Shown: positions 33,794 through 44,725, counted from the first letter of the stretch. The stretch is 64,000 bases of DNA from Spirochaetia bacterium (GCA_965198005.1 CBDAOI010000002.1:704001-768000), one strand, 5' to 3'. Translations and numbers: made by a program. Notes: a model not told the origin generated them from the sequence alone.

Positions 33794-35572
33794 ATGAAAA
33801 ACTTTTTGACAATGACCTTCGCGGTTGTGTTGGTCCTGGTGGTGACCGCAACCGGCCTCTGGGCCGCTGGCGCGGAAGAGGAGCCGGCAGCGGCGATGGA
33901 GACGGAAATGGTGGAGGAAGCTGGACCGCAATACGGTGGGACGATTACCATGATGGACGCATATCTCGGGCGCTTCCCGCCTACAGAGTGGGACCCAGCT
34001 AAGTTTGTCTGGCCGTTAATGGTCTATGTTGAACATTTCGAGCAGCTTCTTGGTGGAGACTGGCAGAATAGGGGGCCACGTGGCACCAATGAGTGGCCGT
34101 TCAATATACGTTCAGGTCCTCCTAATGATTTTCTATCACCTGTTTTAGCTGAAAGCTGGACTACGCCCGATGACACAACCGTTATTTTCAAAATACGTCG
34201 GGGAGTCATGTGGCATGAAGCGCCGGGAGTAATGGCATCAAGGGAGCTGACAGCGGAGGATGTAGCTTATCACTGGACTCGTACTCTAGCGTCAGACAAG
34301 GCCTGGAGCATATATGGTGCAGTTGAGTCGGTAACCGCCACGGATGAGTACACGGTTGAATTCAAGTTGGCCTCTTACACGCCTGATTGGATGCTTCTTA
34401 TAGGAAGGGGCCATTTACCGACGTGGATCGCGAGTCCTCCAGAGCTGGTGGAGGCGGGACCAAGTGACTGGAGGAACCATCGTGGGGTAGGGACAGGCCC
34501 GTTTTTGCTCGATGACTTCGTGGAAGGCACCTCGGTAAGTTACGTAAGGAACGACAATTACTGGCAAACTGAAACCATCGATGGCAAGGAATACGAGATT
34601 CCGTTCATCGACCGCCTGGTTAAAATTCTAAATCCGGATAGAGCTGCCCAGATCGCTGCGTTACGAACAGGGAGGCTGGACCAACTTAATGCAGTTGGCG
34701 CGCAGTACGTCCAGTCGCTACAAGATACAAATCCCGAAATAAAGTTTATTGGGAGACCAGCAGGCGGGTCCTACTTAGTAGGCATGAGGCTAGATACGGC
34801 GCCCTTTGACGATCCGAAGGTGCGGAAAGCAATGAGCATGGCTATAGATCGACAAGGCTTTATTGCCAATATATGGGGTGGTGCGGGAGAGATTTTAAAC
34901 TTTCCGGCACCTGCGAACCTGCCAGAGACTGTCTATACTCCTCTGGAGAAGCTACCGGAATCAATTAGGGGGCAGCTTGAATATAACCCCGAGCGTGCGA
35001 GGCAACTATTAGCCGAGGCGGGACTCGCGGACGGTTTCGAGGCGACTCTGCAAGGATATGCAATAGAGCCTTGGGAAGATATAGCTTCGTTACTGGTAGC
35101 TTTCTGGGCTGATATCGGAGTCGACGTTTCAATCGATTTGATTGAGAAGACTACTATGGATGCCATGTTTACAGCCAAGGAGCATGGGCCGCTTTCAATG
35201 TTTACCGTTGGAGGAGGTGTTGATGCGCTTGGTGTAATACAGGGACGATACATCGAGCCCCTGATATATAATACACCAATGTTTGAGCATCACCCTGAAT
35301 ACGCTGAATTTAGAGAGCGATGGCAGCAGGCATACGATAAAAGGGACCTGGTTGAAAAGTACAAGCTAACCAAGCAGTTGAACCAGGAGGCCTTATCGAC
35401 TGTCGCTTTCGCCCTTTTGCCAACTCCATATGTATACCTAGGTATCTGGCCATGGGTGGAGAACCACCACGGCGAACTCGCTCCAGCGGCGGGGACGGGT
35501 GGTGTAGGCCCGGTTATGGCTCGTGTCTGGATCAACAGCGCCTTGAAGCAACAATTGGTGGGAGGTCAATAG
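33794..35572 (+). CDS. ABC transporter substrate-binding protein, family 5 (copy F)
   Basis: Signal peptide, PQYGGT, LAESW, GTGPF, PFDDPKVRKA. Confidence 0.93.
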   Translation: MKNFLTMTFAVVLVLVVTATGLWAAGAEEEPAAAMETEMVEEAGPQYGGTITMMDAYLGRFPPTEWDPAKFVWPLMVYVEHFEQLLGGDWQNRGPRGTNEWPFNIRSGPPNDFLSPVLAESWTTPDDTTVIFKIRRGVMWHEAPGVMASRELTAEDVAYHWTRTLASDKAWSIYGAVESVTATDEYTVEFKLASYTPDWMLLIGRGHLPTWIASPPELVEAGPSDWRNHRGVGTGPFLLDDFVEGTSVSYVRNDNYWQTETIDGKEYEIPFIDRLVKILNPDRAAQIAALRTGRLDQLNAVGAQYVQSLQDTNPEIKFIGRPAGGSYLVGMRLDTAPFDDPKVRKAMSMAIDRQGFIANIWGGAGEILNFPAPANLPETVYTPLEKLPESIRGQLEYNPERARQLLAEAGLADGFEATLQGYAIEPWEDIASLLVAFWADIGVDVSIDLIEKTTMDAMFTAKEHGPLSMFTVGGGVDALGVIQGRYIEPLIYNTPMFEHHPEYAEFRERWQQAYDKRDLVEKYKLTKQLNQEALSTVAFALLPTPYVYLGIWPWVENHHGELAPAAGTGGVGPVMARVWINSALKQQLVGGQ

Positions 35573-35668
35573 GCAATAGGGAAATAGAGAAATAGTGTGA
35601 GTTAATTCTTCTCTGACAGACGGGGGTGAGGGTAGCTTCTCTCTCCCCCGTATTTTTGGTAGAGAGGG

Positions 35669-36658
35669 ATGCAAGCCTACATAATCAGAAGATTACTCCT
35701 GATTATACCCACTATACTCGTAGCGAGTCTAATAGTGTTCTTCCTTCTTCGCTTTATTCCCGGCGATGTAGTGACCAAGATGGTGGCTTCGCATCCGGTG
35801 GTTGGGGAAGCATTGGACGAGGCGGCTTTACGACAAAGCCTGGGACTGGATGTGCCAATCCCAGTCCAATACGGACGCTGGATAGGAGTTATTCGGGACC
35901 GTCAAGGCTCATTTTCTGGACTTTTACAAGGCAGCCTTGGATCATCCCTATGGCGCCAGCAACCTGTGATTGAGATAATACTCAATAGATGGCCAGTAAC
36001 CTTTGAGCTTTCTATCTTAGGTATGACAATAGCCCTACTAGTAGCCCTACCTATAGGTATCTACTCAGCGATGCGGCCGGACACCATTGGCGACTACATC
36101 GCGCGCAGCTTTGCTATTCTCGCTATCGCTGTACCCGTCTTCTGGCTAGGGACGCTGGTAGTAGTCGTCCCCTCGATTTGGTGGGGTTGGTCTCCGCCGC
36201 TAGAGTTTATCAAGTTCACTGATGACCCGCTGGGAAACCTGGGGCAGTTCATCATTCCGGCTAGTGTCTTGGGCCTGAATATGGCGGGGGCGGTCATGAG
36301 GATGACGCGAACCATGACGCTGGAGGTGCTAAGGCAAGATTACGTAAGGACAGCCTGGGCAAAGGGACTCAAGGAGAGGATGGTAATCCTCCGGCATACT
36401 CTCAAAAACGCCCTAATTCCGGTGGTCACCGTAACGGGAGTTGTGTTTCCTACGGTGGTTGGGGGTTCAGTTGTCACAGAGACGATATTCGGCATGCCCG
36501 GCATAGGTACTTTACTGCTACTGGCCATCAACGATAGAGACTATCCCATAATCTCCGGAGTAATGTTGTTAGTGGCTGGCATTATGGTGCTGACCAATCT
36601 AGTTATTGACCTGTCCTACGGCTTTCTTGACCCCAGGGTTCGGGGTTCGTATGAGTGA
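35669..36658 (+). CDS. OppB/DppB-like permease
   Basis: MQAYIIRRLL, PVTFEL, QDYVRTAWAKGL. Confidence 0.93.
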   Translation: MQAYIIRRLLLIIPTILVASLIVFFLLRFIPGDVVTKMVASHPVVGEALDEAALRQSLGLDVPIPVQYGRWIGVIRDRQGSFSGLLQGSLGSSLWRQQPVIEIILNRWPVTFELSILGMTIALLVALPIGIYSAMRPDTIGDYIARSFAILAIAVPVFWLGTLVVVVPSIWWGWSPPLEFIKFTDDPLGNLGQFIIPASVLGLNMAGAVMRMTRTMTLEVLRQDYVRTAWAKGLKERMVILRHTLKNALIPVVTVTGVVFPTVVGGSVVTETIFGMPGIGTLLLLAINDRDYPIISGVMLLVAGIMVLTNLVIDLSYGFLDPRVRGSYE

Positions 36659-37610
36659 GTTAAATAGGCACTCCCCGTTTCTTATCAGGCTGGCCAAGCA
36701 GAAACCACTGGGTCTTATCAGTGGGATCATAGTGCTTCTCTTTCTTTTTACTGGGATTTTTGCCGATTGGCTGGCTCCTTACGGAATGAACGAAATTCAC
36801 CTTAGTGATGGCCTGCATCCACCATCAACCGAGTATTTCCTCGGTACGGATAACCTGGGGCGGGACATGTTAAGTCGTGTTATCTTTGGGGCTCGTATCT
36901 CGATGATTGTAGGTTTAGCTGCTGGCGCTATAGCTGTACTTATAGCCTTATTGATAGGTGTTCCTTCCGGGTTTATCGGCGGTAAGTTTGATATTGCGGT
37001 GCAGCGGTTCGTTGATGGCTGGATTTCCTTTCCCTCGTTAGTCATTTTCTTAGCCGTTGTCTCTATCGTGGGGGCAGGTATGTTGCAGCTGATTATCGCT
37101 ATAGGGGTGGGACTAGGTATCCTTACTTCAAGGATAATGAGAAGCGCCGTTATCGGCGTTAAGGAGAATATTTATTTTTCGGCGGCGAAGGCGATTGGCA
37201 GTCCACGTAGAAGAATACTCTGGCGGAATGTTCTGCCCAATATTATGGCTCCCGCACTCATCGTATTTTCGACACAGGTGCCCTCTGCAATATTAACTGA
37301 AGCCGGCCTCAGCTTCCTTGGTTTTGGCATCCCCCCACCGCAGCCTAGCTGGGGAGGTATGCTCAGTGGCTCTGGACGCTCTTATATGTTCCTAGCTCCT
37401 TGGATGGCCATATGGCCTGGTCTTGCTATCACTATTGTAGTCTACGGCATCAATATGTTTGGCGATGCGGTCAGAGACCTCTTGGACCCGAAGCTGAGGG
37501 GTGGTCTCGGGGGATATTCCGGAACAACGAGAAAAGCATCCAAGCGTTTGAAAAAGGCCGTACAAACAGGGAAACCGTCCGCGAATCTACGTGGGATACA
37601 ACAACGGTGA
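36651..37610 (+). CDS. OppC/DppC-like permease
   Basis: LGTDNLGRD, EAGLSFLGFG, PSWG; overlaps the oppB stop. Confidence 0.93.
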   Translation: MSELNRHSPFLIRLAKQKPLGLISGIIVLLFLFTGIFADWLAPYGMNEIHLSDGLHPPSTEYFLGTDNLGRDMLSRVIFGARISMIVGLAAGAIAVLIALLIGVPSGFIGGKFDIAVQRFVDGWISFPSLVIFLAVVSIVGAGMLQLIIAIGVGLGILTSRIMRSAVIGVKENIYFSAAKAIGSPRRRILWRNVLPNIMAPALIVFSTQVPSAILTEAGLSFLGFGIPPPQPSWGGMLSGSGRSYMFLAPWMAIWPGLAITIVVYGINMFGDAVRDLLDPKLRGGLGGYSGTTRKASKRLKKAVQTGKPSANLRGIQQR

Positions 37611-37643
37611 CACTGATCGATCGGTGCGCAAGTGAGGAGTGCG

Positions 37644-38471
37644 ATGGGAAGGCTTCAGGACCAGGTAGCAATAGTGACGGGCGGCGGCAGAGGCATTGGT
37701 CGTGAGATCTGCGGAGCGTTTGCAGCCGAGGGTGCTCTGGTCGCCGTAGTCGCGCGAACCGAGGATCAGGTCTCGGAGACCGTCCGCAGAGTCGTTGATG
37801 ACGGTGGCTGGGCAATCGGCGTCGGGGCCGATGTCACTGACCTTGCGGCGGTAGAGGCCATGGTCGAGCGCGTCGAGTCAGAGCTCGGGCCGGTGGCACT
37901 CCTCGTGAACAACGCCGGGAGCAACAGTGTTCCTGGCCCCCTGGCCGAGGCCGATCCAATCGCATGGTGGCGCGATGTATCGATCAACCTCCTGGGTCCC
38001 TTTCACACTTGCCGTACGGTGCTGCCGAGAATGCTGGAGAGAGGCGAGGGTCGGATCATCAACATGACCGGGGCCGGTAGAGATACGCCGAGGGCATACC
38101 TTTCGGCCTACGGAAGCTCCAAGGCAGCTGTGGTGCGCCTTACCGAGACCTTGGACCGTGAACTTGGAGAATCGGGCGTGAGAGCCTTTTCCATGAGCCC
38201 AGGGCTCGTTCGAACCGCGATGAACGAAGCGCTCATCACAGGCGGAGCCATGAAGCGATGGTTCCCGGATATGCTCGACAGTTTCGATCATGGACGGGAC
38301 GTGTCGCCGACGATGGCTGGCGCTCTCGCCATGGAGATCGCCTCGGGGAGGCTGGACGAGCTCCGCGGCAGGTTGTTCGACGTCACCGACAATCTGGAGG
38401 AGGTGCTTGCTCAAAAGGACCGTATCCTCGCCGAAGACTTGAAGACGCTGAGGATCAGGAACCTTACGTAG
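37644..38471 (+). CDS. SDR-family oxidoreductase
   Basis: TGGGRGIG, NNAG, YGSSK; SD GAGGAG. Confidence 0.92.
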   Translation: MGRLQDQVAIVTGGGRGIGREICGAFAAEGALVAVVARTEDQVSETVRRVVDDGGWAIGVGADVTDLAAVEAMVERVESELGPVALLVNNAGSNSVPGPLAEADPIAWWRDVSINLLGPFHTCRTVLPRMLERGEGRIINMTGAGRDTPRAYLSAYGSSKAAVVRLTETLDRELGESGVRAFSMSPGLVRTAMNEALITGGAMKRWFPDMLDSFDHGRDVSPTMAGALAMEIASGRLDELRGRLFDVTDNLEEVLAQKDRILAEDLKTLRIRNLT

Positions 38472-38625
38472 ACCCAGTCGTCCGCCAGCGGCATCGCCAA
38501 GGTTCCTGGTCGCGCCGCTTCGCCGACGGTCTGCAACCGAGCAGCGTGGCGCAGGGACTGTCCGGCTGGGGTAGCCGCCGGACAAATCAGCTTGGTCAGC
38601 TGCAGTCCTAGCGACGTCCGAGTCG

Positions 38626-38655
38626 TTGACAGGATGGCCGCGTCCATAGTAAGCT
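38626..38655 (+). promoter_or_regulatory. Candidate sigma70 promoter
   Basis: TTGACA-N18-TAAGCT upstream of the truncated SBP. Confidence 0.4.
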
Positions 38656-38702
38656 TGCGTCGCGTGGAACAGCGCTCTCGAAAATGCTCACCAAGGAGCT
38701 CT

Positions 38703-38984
38703 ATGAGATTACTCAAGACGGGCCTCGCAGTACTCTGTGGACTCGCCCTCACGGCAACCGGCCTCTGGGCCGGCGGAGCCGAGGAGGAGGAGCCAGCCGC
38801 CGCTGAGGAGGAAGTGGCGTCGGTCATGGAAGAGCTGACGCTTACCAAACTTGACGGCACCACGGTGACAGTGGAGGTGAAACCGGCGCAATATGGCGGC
38901 TCGCTTGCCGTGCGACAAGGCTGGGATAAGAACCCGGACCACATTGACCCGTCCCGCACGCGTGACAGTGATAGGGCAGCATGA
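38703..38984 (+). pseudogene. Truncated family-5 SBP (N-terminus only)
   Basis: Same signal peptide type (TATGLWAGGAEEEEPAAA) and AQYGGSL; stops after 93 aa. Confidence 0.8.
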
Positions 38985-39032
38985 AGTGCAATCTTCATGC
39001 TGCCTATGATATTATAGTGGAGGATACGACCT

Positions 39033-39674
39033 GTGGTTTATGACGTAAGGACGTACGATTTGAAATTTGGGCTGGCCGAGGAATATGGCGAACGTATCAA
39101 GGCTAACCTGCCCGGGAGGGAAAAGTTATCCCCGCTGGGCGGGTACTGGTACACCGAGATAGGGCCTCTGAACCAGGTTATAAACATCTGGCCGTACAAA
39201 GACGTGGACTCCTATGTAGACTTCCGTACCCGGTTCGATCCCGTTAAGGCGTGGGGGCCAATGCACGAATATGGCGTGAATATCGCCATCGTCGGTGGCC
39301 ATAACGAAGTCATGTTTCCAGCTCCATTCATGAAGCCTCTGGGAGAGCGCCGCATCGGTCCCATATACGATATGAGAATCGACACACACGCGCCGGGAGA
39401 TATACCGAAAACCCTGGAGGCGTGGGGCAAAGTTATCGACGAGAGAGAAAAACTCTCCCCGCTTGCCGGCTTCTGGCACTCAGATATAAATGGCCTCAAT
39501 GTACACCGTAGCGGCAGAATTATCCACCTCTGGGCGTACAAGACCTTCGAAGACAGGGCGAGAGTACTGGCAGAAAGCCACAAGAGCGGCTACTGGTTGC
39601 CCCCGGGCGCTGCGTTGCCGACCAAGTCGGAGAACCAAATCATGCTGCCTTATGACTTCTCTCCAATGCAGTAA
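39033..39674 (+). CDS. NIPSNAP-family protein (two domains)
   Basis: YDVRTY...WYTEIGPLNQVINIWPY, repeated as YDMRID...IIHLWAY; ends PYDFSPMQ. Confidence 0.88.
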   Translation: MVYDVRTYDLKFGLAEEYGERIKANLPGREKLSPLGGYWYTEIGPLNQVINIWPYKDVDSYVDFRTRFDPVKAWGPMHEYGVNIAIVGGHNEVMFPAPFMKPLGERRIGPIYDMRIDTHAPGDIPKTLEAWGKVIDEREKLSPLAGFWHSDINGLNVHRSGRIIHLWAYKTFEDRARVLAESHKSGYWLPPGAALPTKSENQIMLPYDFSPMQ

Positions 39675-39852
39675 TCTGAGGCTTCATTAGAGCATAACGA
39701 AGTCACGATACGGCTCGATTCGCGGCGTCGAGACCGTTCCCGTCCGTCGTCGAACTGGGTCAGCGCGATGGCACCGATCTGGAGTTGCTCCAGCGCATCG
39801 ACATGAGGCGCGCTTGGCTTGATATGGAAAATCTCAGTCATGGAGGTAACAG

Positions 39853-40821
39853 ATGTCAGGAGCACTCGAACAACGCCCCTTCGGCAACACCGGTGAGAAG
39901 GTCACCGTTATCGGTTTGGGAGGCGCTTTTCTCTACAAACACTCCTTTGAGCAAGGGGTAGAAACGGTCAAACATGCGTTGGAGCTAGGTGTCAACTATT
40001 TCGATACCTCTCCAGCGTACGGAAGACGGAGGGATGGCAAGTGGATCAGCAGGGGTGAATCGCAGTTAATCATGGGTGAGGGTCTTGACGGGAGTACGAA
40101 ACCGCATCTACTTGCGACCAAGCTACATAAGTGCCGCTCAGTAGAAGATTTCCGCGCCCAAATACAAGAGAACCTACATGCCCTGCGTCGTGATAGGGTC
40201 GATATACTCCAGGCGCACGACATCGAGCGGGCATACTTATGGAAGCCCGACCGCCAGAGTACTGACATGCTGAACCTTGATGAGGAGCTAGACTTCGAGA
40301 ACGCCCCGGTGATACAGGCGATGCGTGAAGCAAAGAAGCAAGGGCTCTGCAGTTTCATTGGTATCAGCTCACAGTGGTCCGAAATGATAGTCCACGTCCT
40401 AAAGCATGTAAGGCTAGACATGTGTCTCTCTGCCATGGAGTATTCGCTGTATAACCGACGTTCCCCGCATGTGGTGTTGCCGTTCATTCGTGAGCAGGGG
40501 GTTGCTTATGTCGTAGGAGGGATATTCGCCATACATCGTAGACATTTGCAGCCTTCCGCAGAAGATATTTGTGGATCGGCATTCTCCGATGAGCGCCTGC
40601 TCAAGTTGGCGGAGACGACGGGCATGTCGATCGCGACGTTGACGGTTCGTTTCTTGATAGCGAATCAGGAGGTTTCGACCATTCTGGTGGGTGCGTCCAC
40701 ACCCGAGGAGATCGAGGAAAGCGTCGTGGCCGCGCAGGCAGGTCCGCTACCGCCCGACCTTCATCAGACCCTTGAGGAAGTGGGATCGAATACCGGCTAC
40801 TATGATAGTCTCGTAGGATAA
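39853..40821 (+). CDS. Aldo/keto reductase
   Basis: RPFGNTG, IGLG, NYFDTSPAYG, LATK, VDILQAH, LVGAST. Confidence 0.9.
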   Translation: MSGALEQRPFGNTGEKVTVIGLGGAFLYKHSFEQGVETVKHALELGVNYFDTSPAYGRRRDGKWISRGESQLIMGEGLDGSTKPHLLATKLHKCRSVEDFRAQIQENLHALRRDRVDILQAHDIERAYLWKPDRQSTDMLNLDEELDFENAPVIQAMREAKKQGLCSFIGISSQWSEMIVHVLKHVRLDMCLSAMEYSLYNRRSPHVVLPFIREQGVAYVVGGIFAIHRRHLQPSAEDICGSAFSDERLLKLAETTGMSIATLTVRFLIANQEVSTILVGASTPEEIEESVVAAQAGPLPPDLHQTLEEVGSNTGYYDSLVG

Positions 40822-40912
40822 TAACAAGTGTAACGAGATGGCCATAGACAACCAAATATCCATTGATGTATGTTAGTGACAAAATAATGAAGGGCAGCAG
40901 GAGAATAACATA

Positions 40913-41764
40913 ATGAAAGATTTTAGTGGAAAAGTGGCAGTGATAACGGGTGCTGGGCGCGGCATCGGGAGGGGTATTGCCTTGCGCTGCGCCAGCGAGG
41001 AGATGAGAGTCGTGCTGGTGGGCATCGGACTGGAGTCGCTGACCAGGACGAATGCCGACCTGCGAGACATGGGCGTGGAGACGCTGGTCGTGCAGGCGGA
41101 TGTTTCCAAGCTGGAGGATGTGGAGAGACTGGCACAGAAGACGGTTGAGGCGTTTGGTGAAGTCCACATGCTTGTCAACAACGCTGGGGTTGCTTCCAGG
41201 CCGGACACCTGGGATAGGAGCCTGGCTGATTGGGAATGGATAATGGGCGTGAATTTCTGGGGTGTGCTCTACGGGGTACGCACATTCATCCCCATCATGA
41301 TGAAACAGGAGACCGACTGTCACATCATTAATGTCTCGTCAGGTGCTGGACTTGCACCGGGAGGACGGAATACGCTCTATGCTGTTTCAAAGCACGGTGT
41401 AGTCGTCCTTTCGGAAGCGCTCTACTTTCAACTTGCCAAGCAAGCTCCTCATATCAAAGTGTCGGTCTATTGTCCTATGTGGGTCAGTAGCGAGCTAGAT
41501 GATACTGTTGAGCGTAACCGCCCTAGTGACCAGCCGCCCCCTCCACTAACTCCAGAAGCGAAAGCAGAGTGGCGGACGTCACTCGCCACGGGTATATCTA
41601 TCGAGGAATCGGCAGATATTCTCTTTAAGGGTATTGTGGAAGACAAGTTGTACATCGGGCCAAAAGGATTCCCCGCCAGTGCCGACCCGGAATCTTTGAT
41701 ATCGGCGATACGAACAAGGGCGGAGAACATTATCAACGAGCGCAACCCGGAACTGCCGTCCTGA
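40913..41764 (+). CDS. SDR-family oxidoreductase
   Basis: TGAGRGIG, NNAG, VSS, YAVSK. Confidence 0.92.
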   Translation: MKDFSGKVAVITGAGRGIGRGIALRCASEEMRVVLVGIGLESLTRTNADLRDMGVETLVVQADVSKLEDVERLAQKTVEAFGEVHMLVNNAGVASRPDTWDRSLADWEWIMGVNFWGVLYGVRTFIPIMMKQETDCHIINVSSGAGLAPGGRNTLYAVSKHGVVVLSEALYFQLAKQAPHIKVSVYCPMWVSSELDDTVERNRPSDQPPPPLTPEAKAEWRTSLATGISIEESADILFKGIVEDKLYIGPKGFPASADPESLISAIRTRAENIINERNPELPS

Positions 41765-41847
41765 TGCGTAAGGACAATATTCAGGGGCGTATGACCATGC
41801 TGGTCACCGAACACCCCAAAAACACAGCCAAACGTGGAGGTAACACT

Positions 41848-42867
41848 ATGGCAAAAACACTATCGACGCTTTCCGACGACCTCGCGTCGGCGATCGAGTC
41901 GGCAGGACCCGCGGTCGTGCGTGTGGAGGCGACACGTCGCCTGGGGGCATGCGGCCTGGCAACTGGCTTCGTCTGGTCGCCTGATGGGGTCATCGTCACT
42001 GCTCACCACGTCGTTGAACGAGACGACAACATTAAGGTTGGCCTTGCCGACGACCCCGCCAGTTCGGTGCCCGCAACCCTTGTGGGGCGCGACCCGACTA
42101 GCGATATCGCGGTCCTGCGCACCGACGCCAGGGACCTCACGCCACTATCATGGGCCGATCAGAGAGTCCCTGCCAACGATATTTCTATCGCCGGTTACAC
42201 CGAATTCGCGGACAACATACGAGTCGGGCACATGGTGTTCGCTCTGGGAAGACCCAGCAAGACCGTCCAGGCAAACCTGGGAATCGTCGGCGCGTTCGGG
42301 TTTGCGGGTCGCTACTTGGTGACCGATGTCGCGATGGACCCCGGGTTCCCCGGCGGGCCTCTGGTCGATGCCAGCGGAAAGTTGTTGGGACTGAACACCA
42401 CGGCTCGTCAGCGGTACGGATTCAACGTCGCACTGGGGAAGCCTACGTTGATCCCTGTCGTCGATGCGCTGCTATCCGAGGGGCGCATCCGCAGGGGCCA
42501 GATCGGAGTTGGGACTCAGCCAGCCCGGTTGCCCGACGGGCTCGCAAAGGAGCTGGGTCAGGAGAGCGGACTGCTACTGGTCTCGGTGGAGCCGGGCAGT
42601 CCTGCCGATAAGGGCGGCCTGCTCGTGGGCGACATCATCGTCGGCCTGCACGGGGTTCCTGTGGGGAGCCATTATGACACTGGTCACAAGCTGGACGACC
42701 TCCTCAGTCACCAGGGTGCCCCAACCGCTCGTTGGTTATGGGCGATGACTTACTTGATCCATTCACAGTTGCTGAGCGACGCGACGAGTGGGAAAGCACT
42801 GTCAGTAGAGATAGTGCGTGGAGGCACAGTCCGGGCGCTTCGGGTGGTAATCGACGAGCAGAGCTAG
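41848..42867 (+). CDS. S1C (HtrA/DegP-like) protease-PDZ protein lacking the catalytic Ser
   Basis: VTAHHVV, GRDPTSDIAVL, PGFPGGPL (Pro in the Ser position), PDZ VEPGSPADKGGL. Confidence 0.85.
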   Translation: MAKTLSTLSDDLASAIESAGPAVVRVEATRRLGACGLATGFVWSPDGVIVTAHHVVERDDNIKVGLADDPASSVPATLVGRDPTSDIAVLRTDARDLTPLSWADQRVPANDISIAGYTEFADNIRVGHMVFALGRPSKTVQANLGIVGAFGFAGRYLVTDVAMDPGFPGGPLVDASGKLLGLNTTARQRYGFNVALGKPTLIPVVDALLSEGRIRRGQIGVGTQPARLPDGLAKELGQESGLLLVSVEPGSPADKGGLLVGDIIVGLHGVPVGSHYDTGHKLDDLLSHQGAPTARWLWAMTYLIHSQLLSDATSGKALSVEIVRGGTVRALRVVIDEQS

Positions 42868-43084
42868 GTGGGTCGACAGGCAAGCAATAACAGCTCCCCA
42901 CAGAAATCGATTAAGACGACCGCGGTGTCCACCGAACCTGCCGCCACCGCATCCAACAGGGCCGAGAGCGGAGTTGGCTCGCCAACTCTTGAGGTGCCCG
43001 CAACGGAAAACCGACGCTCCAGACGCGGATGTCGCGCTGCGCACCGCCCTGGATGGAGATACGTTTGTTGCGGCACCTACGTCG

Positions 43085-43320
43085 CAAGCACGATCACGTG
43101 AGCACCGAACGCGTCTGTCCCGGCATGGGCATACCGAATTTGTATCGGTTGATGCGCAGGCAGCCGTTGGCTGAGGAGTTCTACGCCGCCTTTACCAGCA
43201 AGGGGCGAATGGCCGAGGTGCTCGCCGACATCCCGGCACAGGTGATACTGAACCCCAAGGTCGCGCTGTTGGGCGCGGCGAGAATCGGTATGGAGCGGCT
43301 CTCCGGTAGCGCGCCGGAGC
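43085..43320 (+). pseudogene. glk: Glucokinase remnant
   Basis: HVSTERVCPGMGIPNLY joined to FYAAFTSKGRMAEVLADIP...LLGAA. Confidence 0.7.
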
Positions 43321-43379
43321 AGTGGCAAACGCGGCAGCGTGACCTCGTCCGTGGCGGAAGGGGTGGCTACGTGGAACGA

Positions 43380-44564
43380 CTAACGCATCTCCGCTTCCGA
43401 CATCCGCAACTGCGCAGCTAGCTCGCGGAGGCCAATTGCCTCGACGTCAGGAGTCAAGGCATACCGCTCAGTGCCCGAGTACACTACGAACGTACGCGTG
43501 GGCCGCAGGTCGGCGCACGCATTTCTGAGTCCTTTGGACGCCCCGGGATCGAGCCCACGTTTGATCTCGACAGCCCAGCTACCCCGCGAGCCGCCGAGCT
43601 CCAGAACGAGGTCCACTTCGGCGCCAGCTGCCGTTCGGTAGAAGCTGACATCGGCCCCAGGGGCAGCGGCAAGCAGCGACTCGATCGCATAGCCCTCCCA
43701 ACTCGAGCCGACGACTGGGTGTCCGAGTAGATCGTCGAGTGTCTGGAGACGCAGCAGAGCATGGACGAGTCCCGAGTCTCGCACATAGATCTTGGGCGAC
43801 CTGACCAGCCGCTTGCCGACGTTGGCATGCAGCGGTTCCAGACGCCGCAGCAGCAACAGGTCGACCAGAAGATCTAGGTAGCGGGCGACGGTTGTCGAGG
43901 ACGCGCCGAAGCTCGCCGCGAGCCGCGACGCGTTGAGCAGCTGGCCCTGATTGTGCGCCAGCATCGTCCATAACCGGCGAAGCGTCTCGGCCGGAACCCG
44001 TGGCCCTAGCTGCGGGACGTCGCGCTCGAGGTAGGTCCGGATCAGGTCCTGCCTCAATAGAAAGCTGTCGGCATCCGTGGCGGCCAATAGACTGTCGGGG
44101 AACCCACCGCGCAGCCATAACTGATCCTGCTCGTTGCGATCGGGCGGAATTTCGGGTGCGGTCACGGGGCCCAACTGGACATACGCGATGCGGCCAGCAA
44201 GGCTCTCTCCTGACTGACGCAGTAGGGCGACCGAAGCGGATCCGAGGATAAGGAACAGGCCTGTGCGTCGCCCGCTTCGGCGTGCTCGGTCGATGACTCC
44301 CCGCAGCACCTGAAACAGATCCGGCGTGCGGTGGATCTCGTCGAGGACGATGAGCTTGTCGGTGTGCCGCTCCAGAAACAGCTCCGGAGCCTGCAGCTTG
44401 GCAACGTCCTGCGGCGCTTCCAGATCGAGATAGACGGATGGCCGAGATCGCGCGATCTTGAGTGCGAGGGTGGTCTTGCCGACCTGGCGCGGACCGACGA
44501 TCGCCACGGCTGCTTGCCGTTCGAGGGCAGCCACCACCTGACCTTCGACCGCGCGTTCTATCAT
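43380..44564 (-). CDS. AAA_14 ATPase with DUF4143-type C-terminus
   Basis: GPRQVGKT, LDEIH, ESLAGR, RGGFP, PKIYVRDSG, EVDLV...VEIK. Confidence 0.9.
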   Translation of the reverse strand: MIERAVEGQVVAALERQAAVAIVGPRQVGKTTLALKIARSRPSVYLDLEAPQDVAKLQAPELFLERHTDKLIVLDEIHRTPDLFQVLRGVIDRARRSGRRTGLFLILGSASVALLRQSGESLAGRIAYVQLGPVTAPEIPPDRNEQDQLWLRGGFPDSLLAATDADSFLLRQDLIRTYLERDVPQLGPRVPAETLRRLWTMLAHNQGQLLNASRLAASFGASSTTVARYLDLLVDLLLLRRLEPLHANVGKRLVRSPKIYVRDSGLVHALLRLQTLDDLLGHPVVGSSWEGYAIESLLAAAPGADVSFYRTAAGAEVDLVLELGGSRGSWAVEIKRGLDPGASKGLRNACADLRPTRTFVVYSGTERYALTPDVEAIGLRELAAQLRMSEAEMR

Positions 44565-44725
44565 CCTTGCATTTTCTGCGCGATTCTTGAAATTTGCAAG
44601 GATGGGGGATGGGGTTGTTTGATCTCCTCGAGATTTGCCCCAATCTCCCTCGAGATCTGCCCCAGCCCACCTGGACAGCCGGCGCGCGGCGATCTAACCT
44701 CCATAGCCCCCCAGAGCCCGCAACG

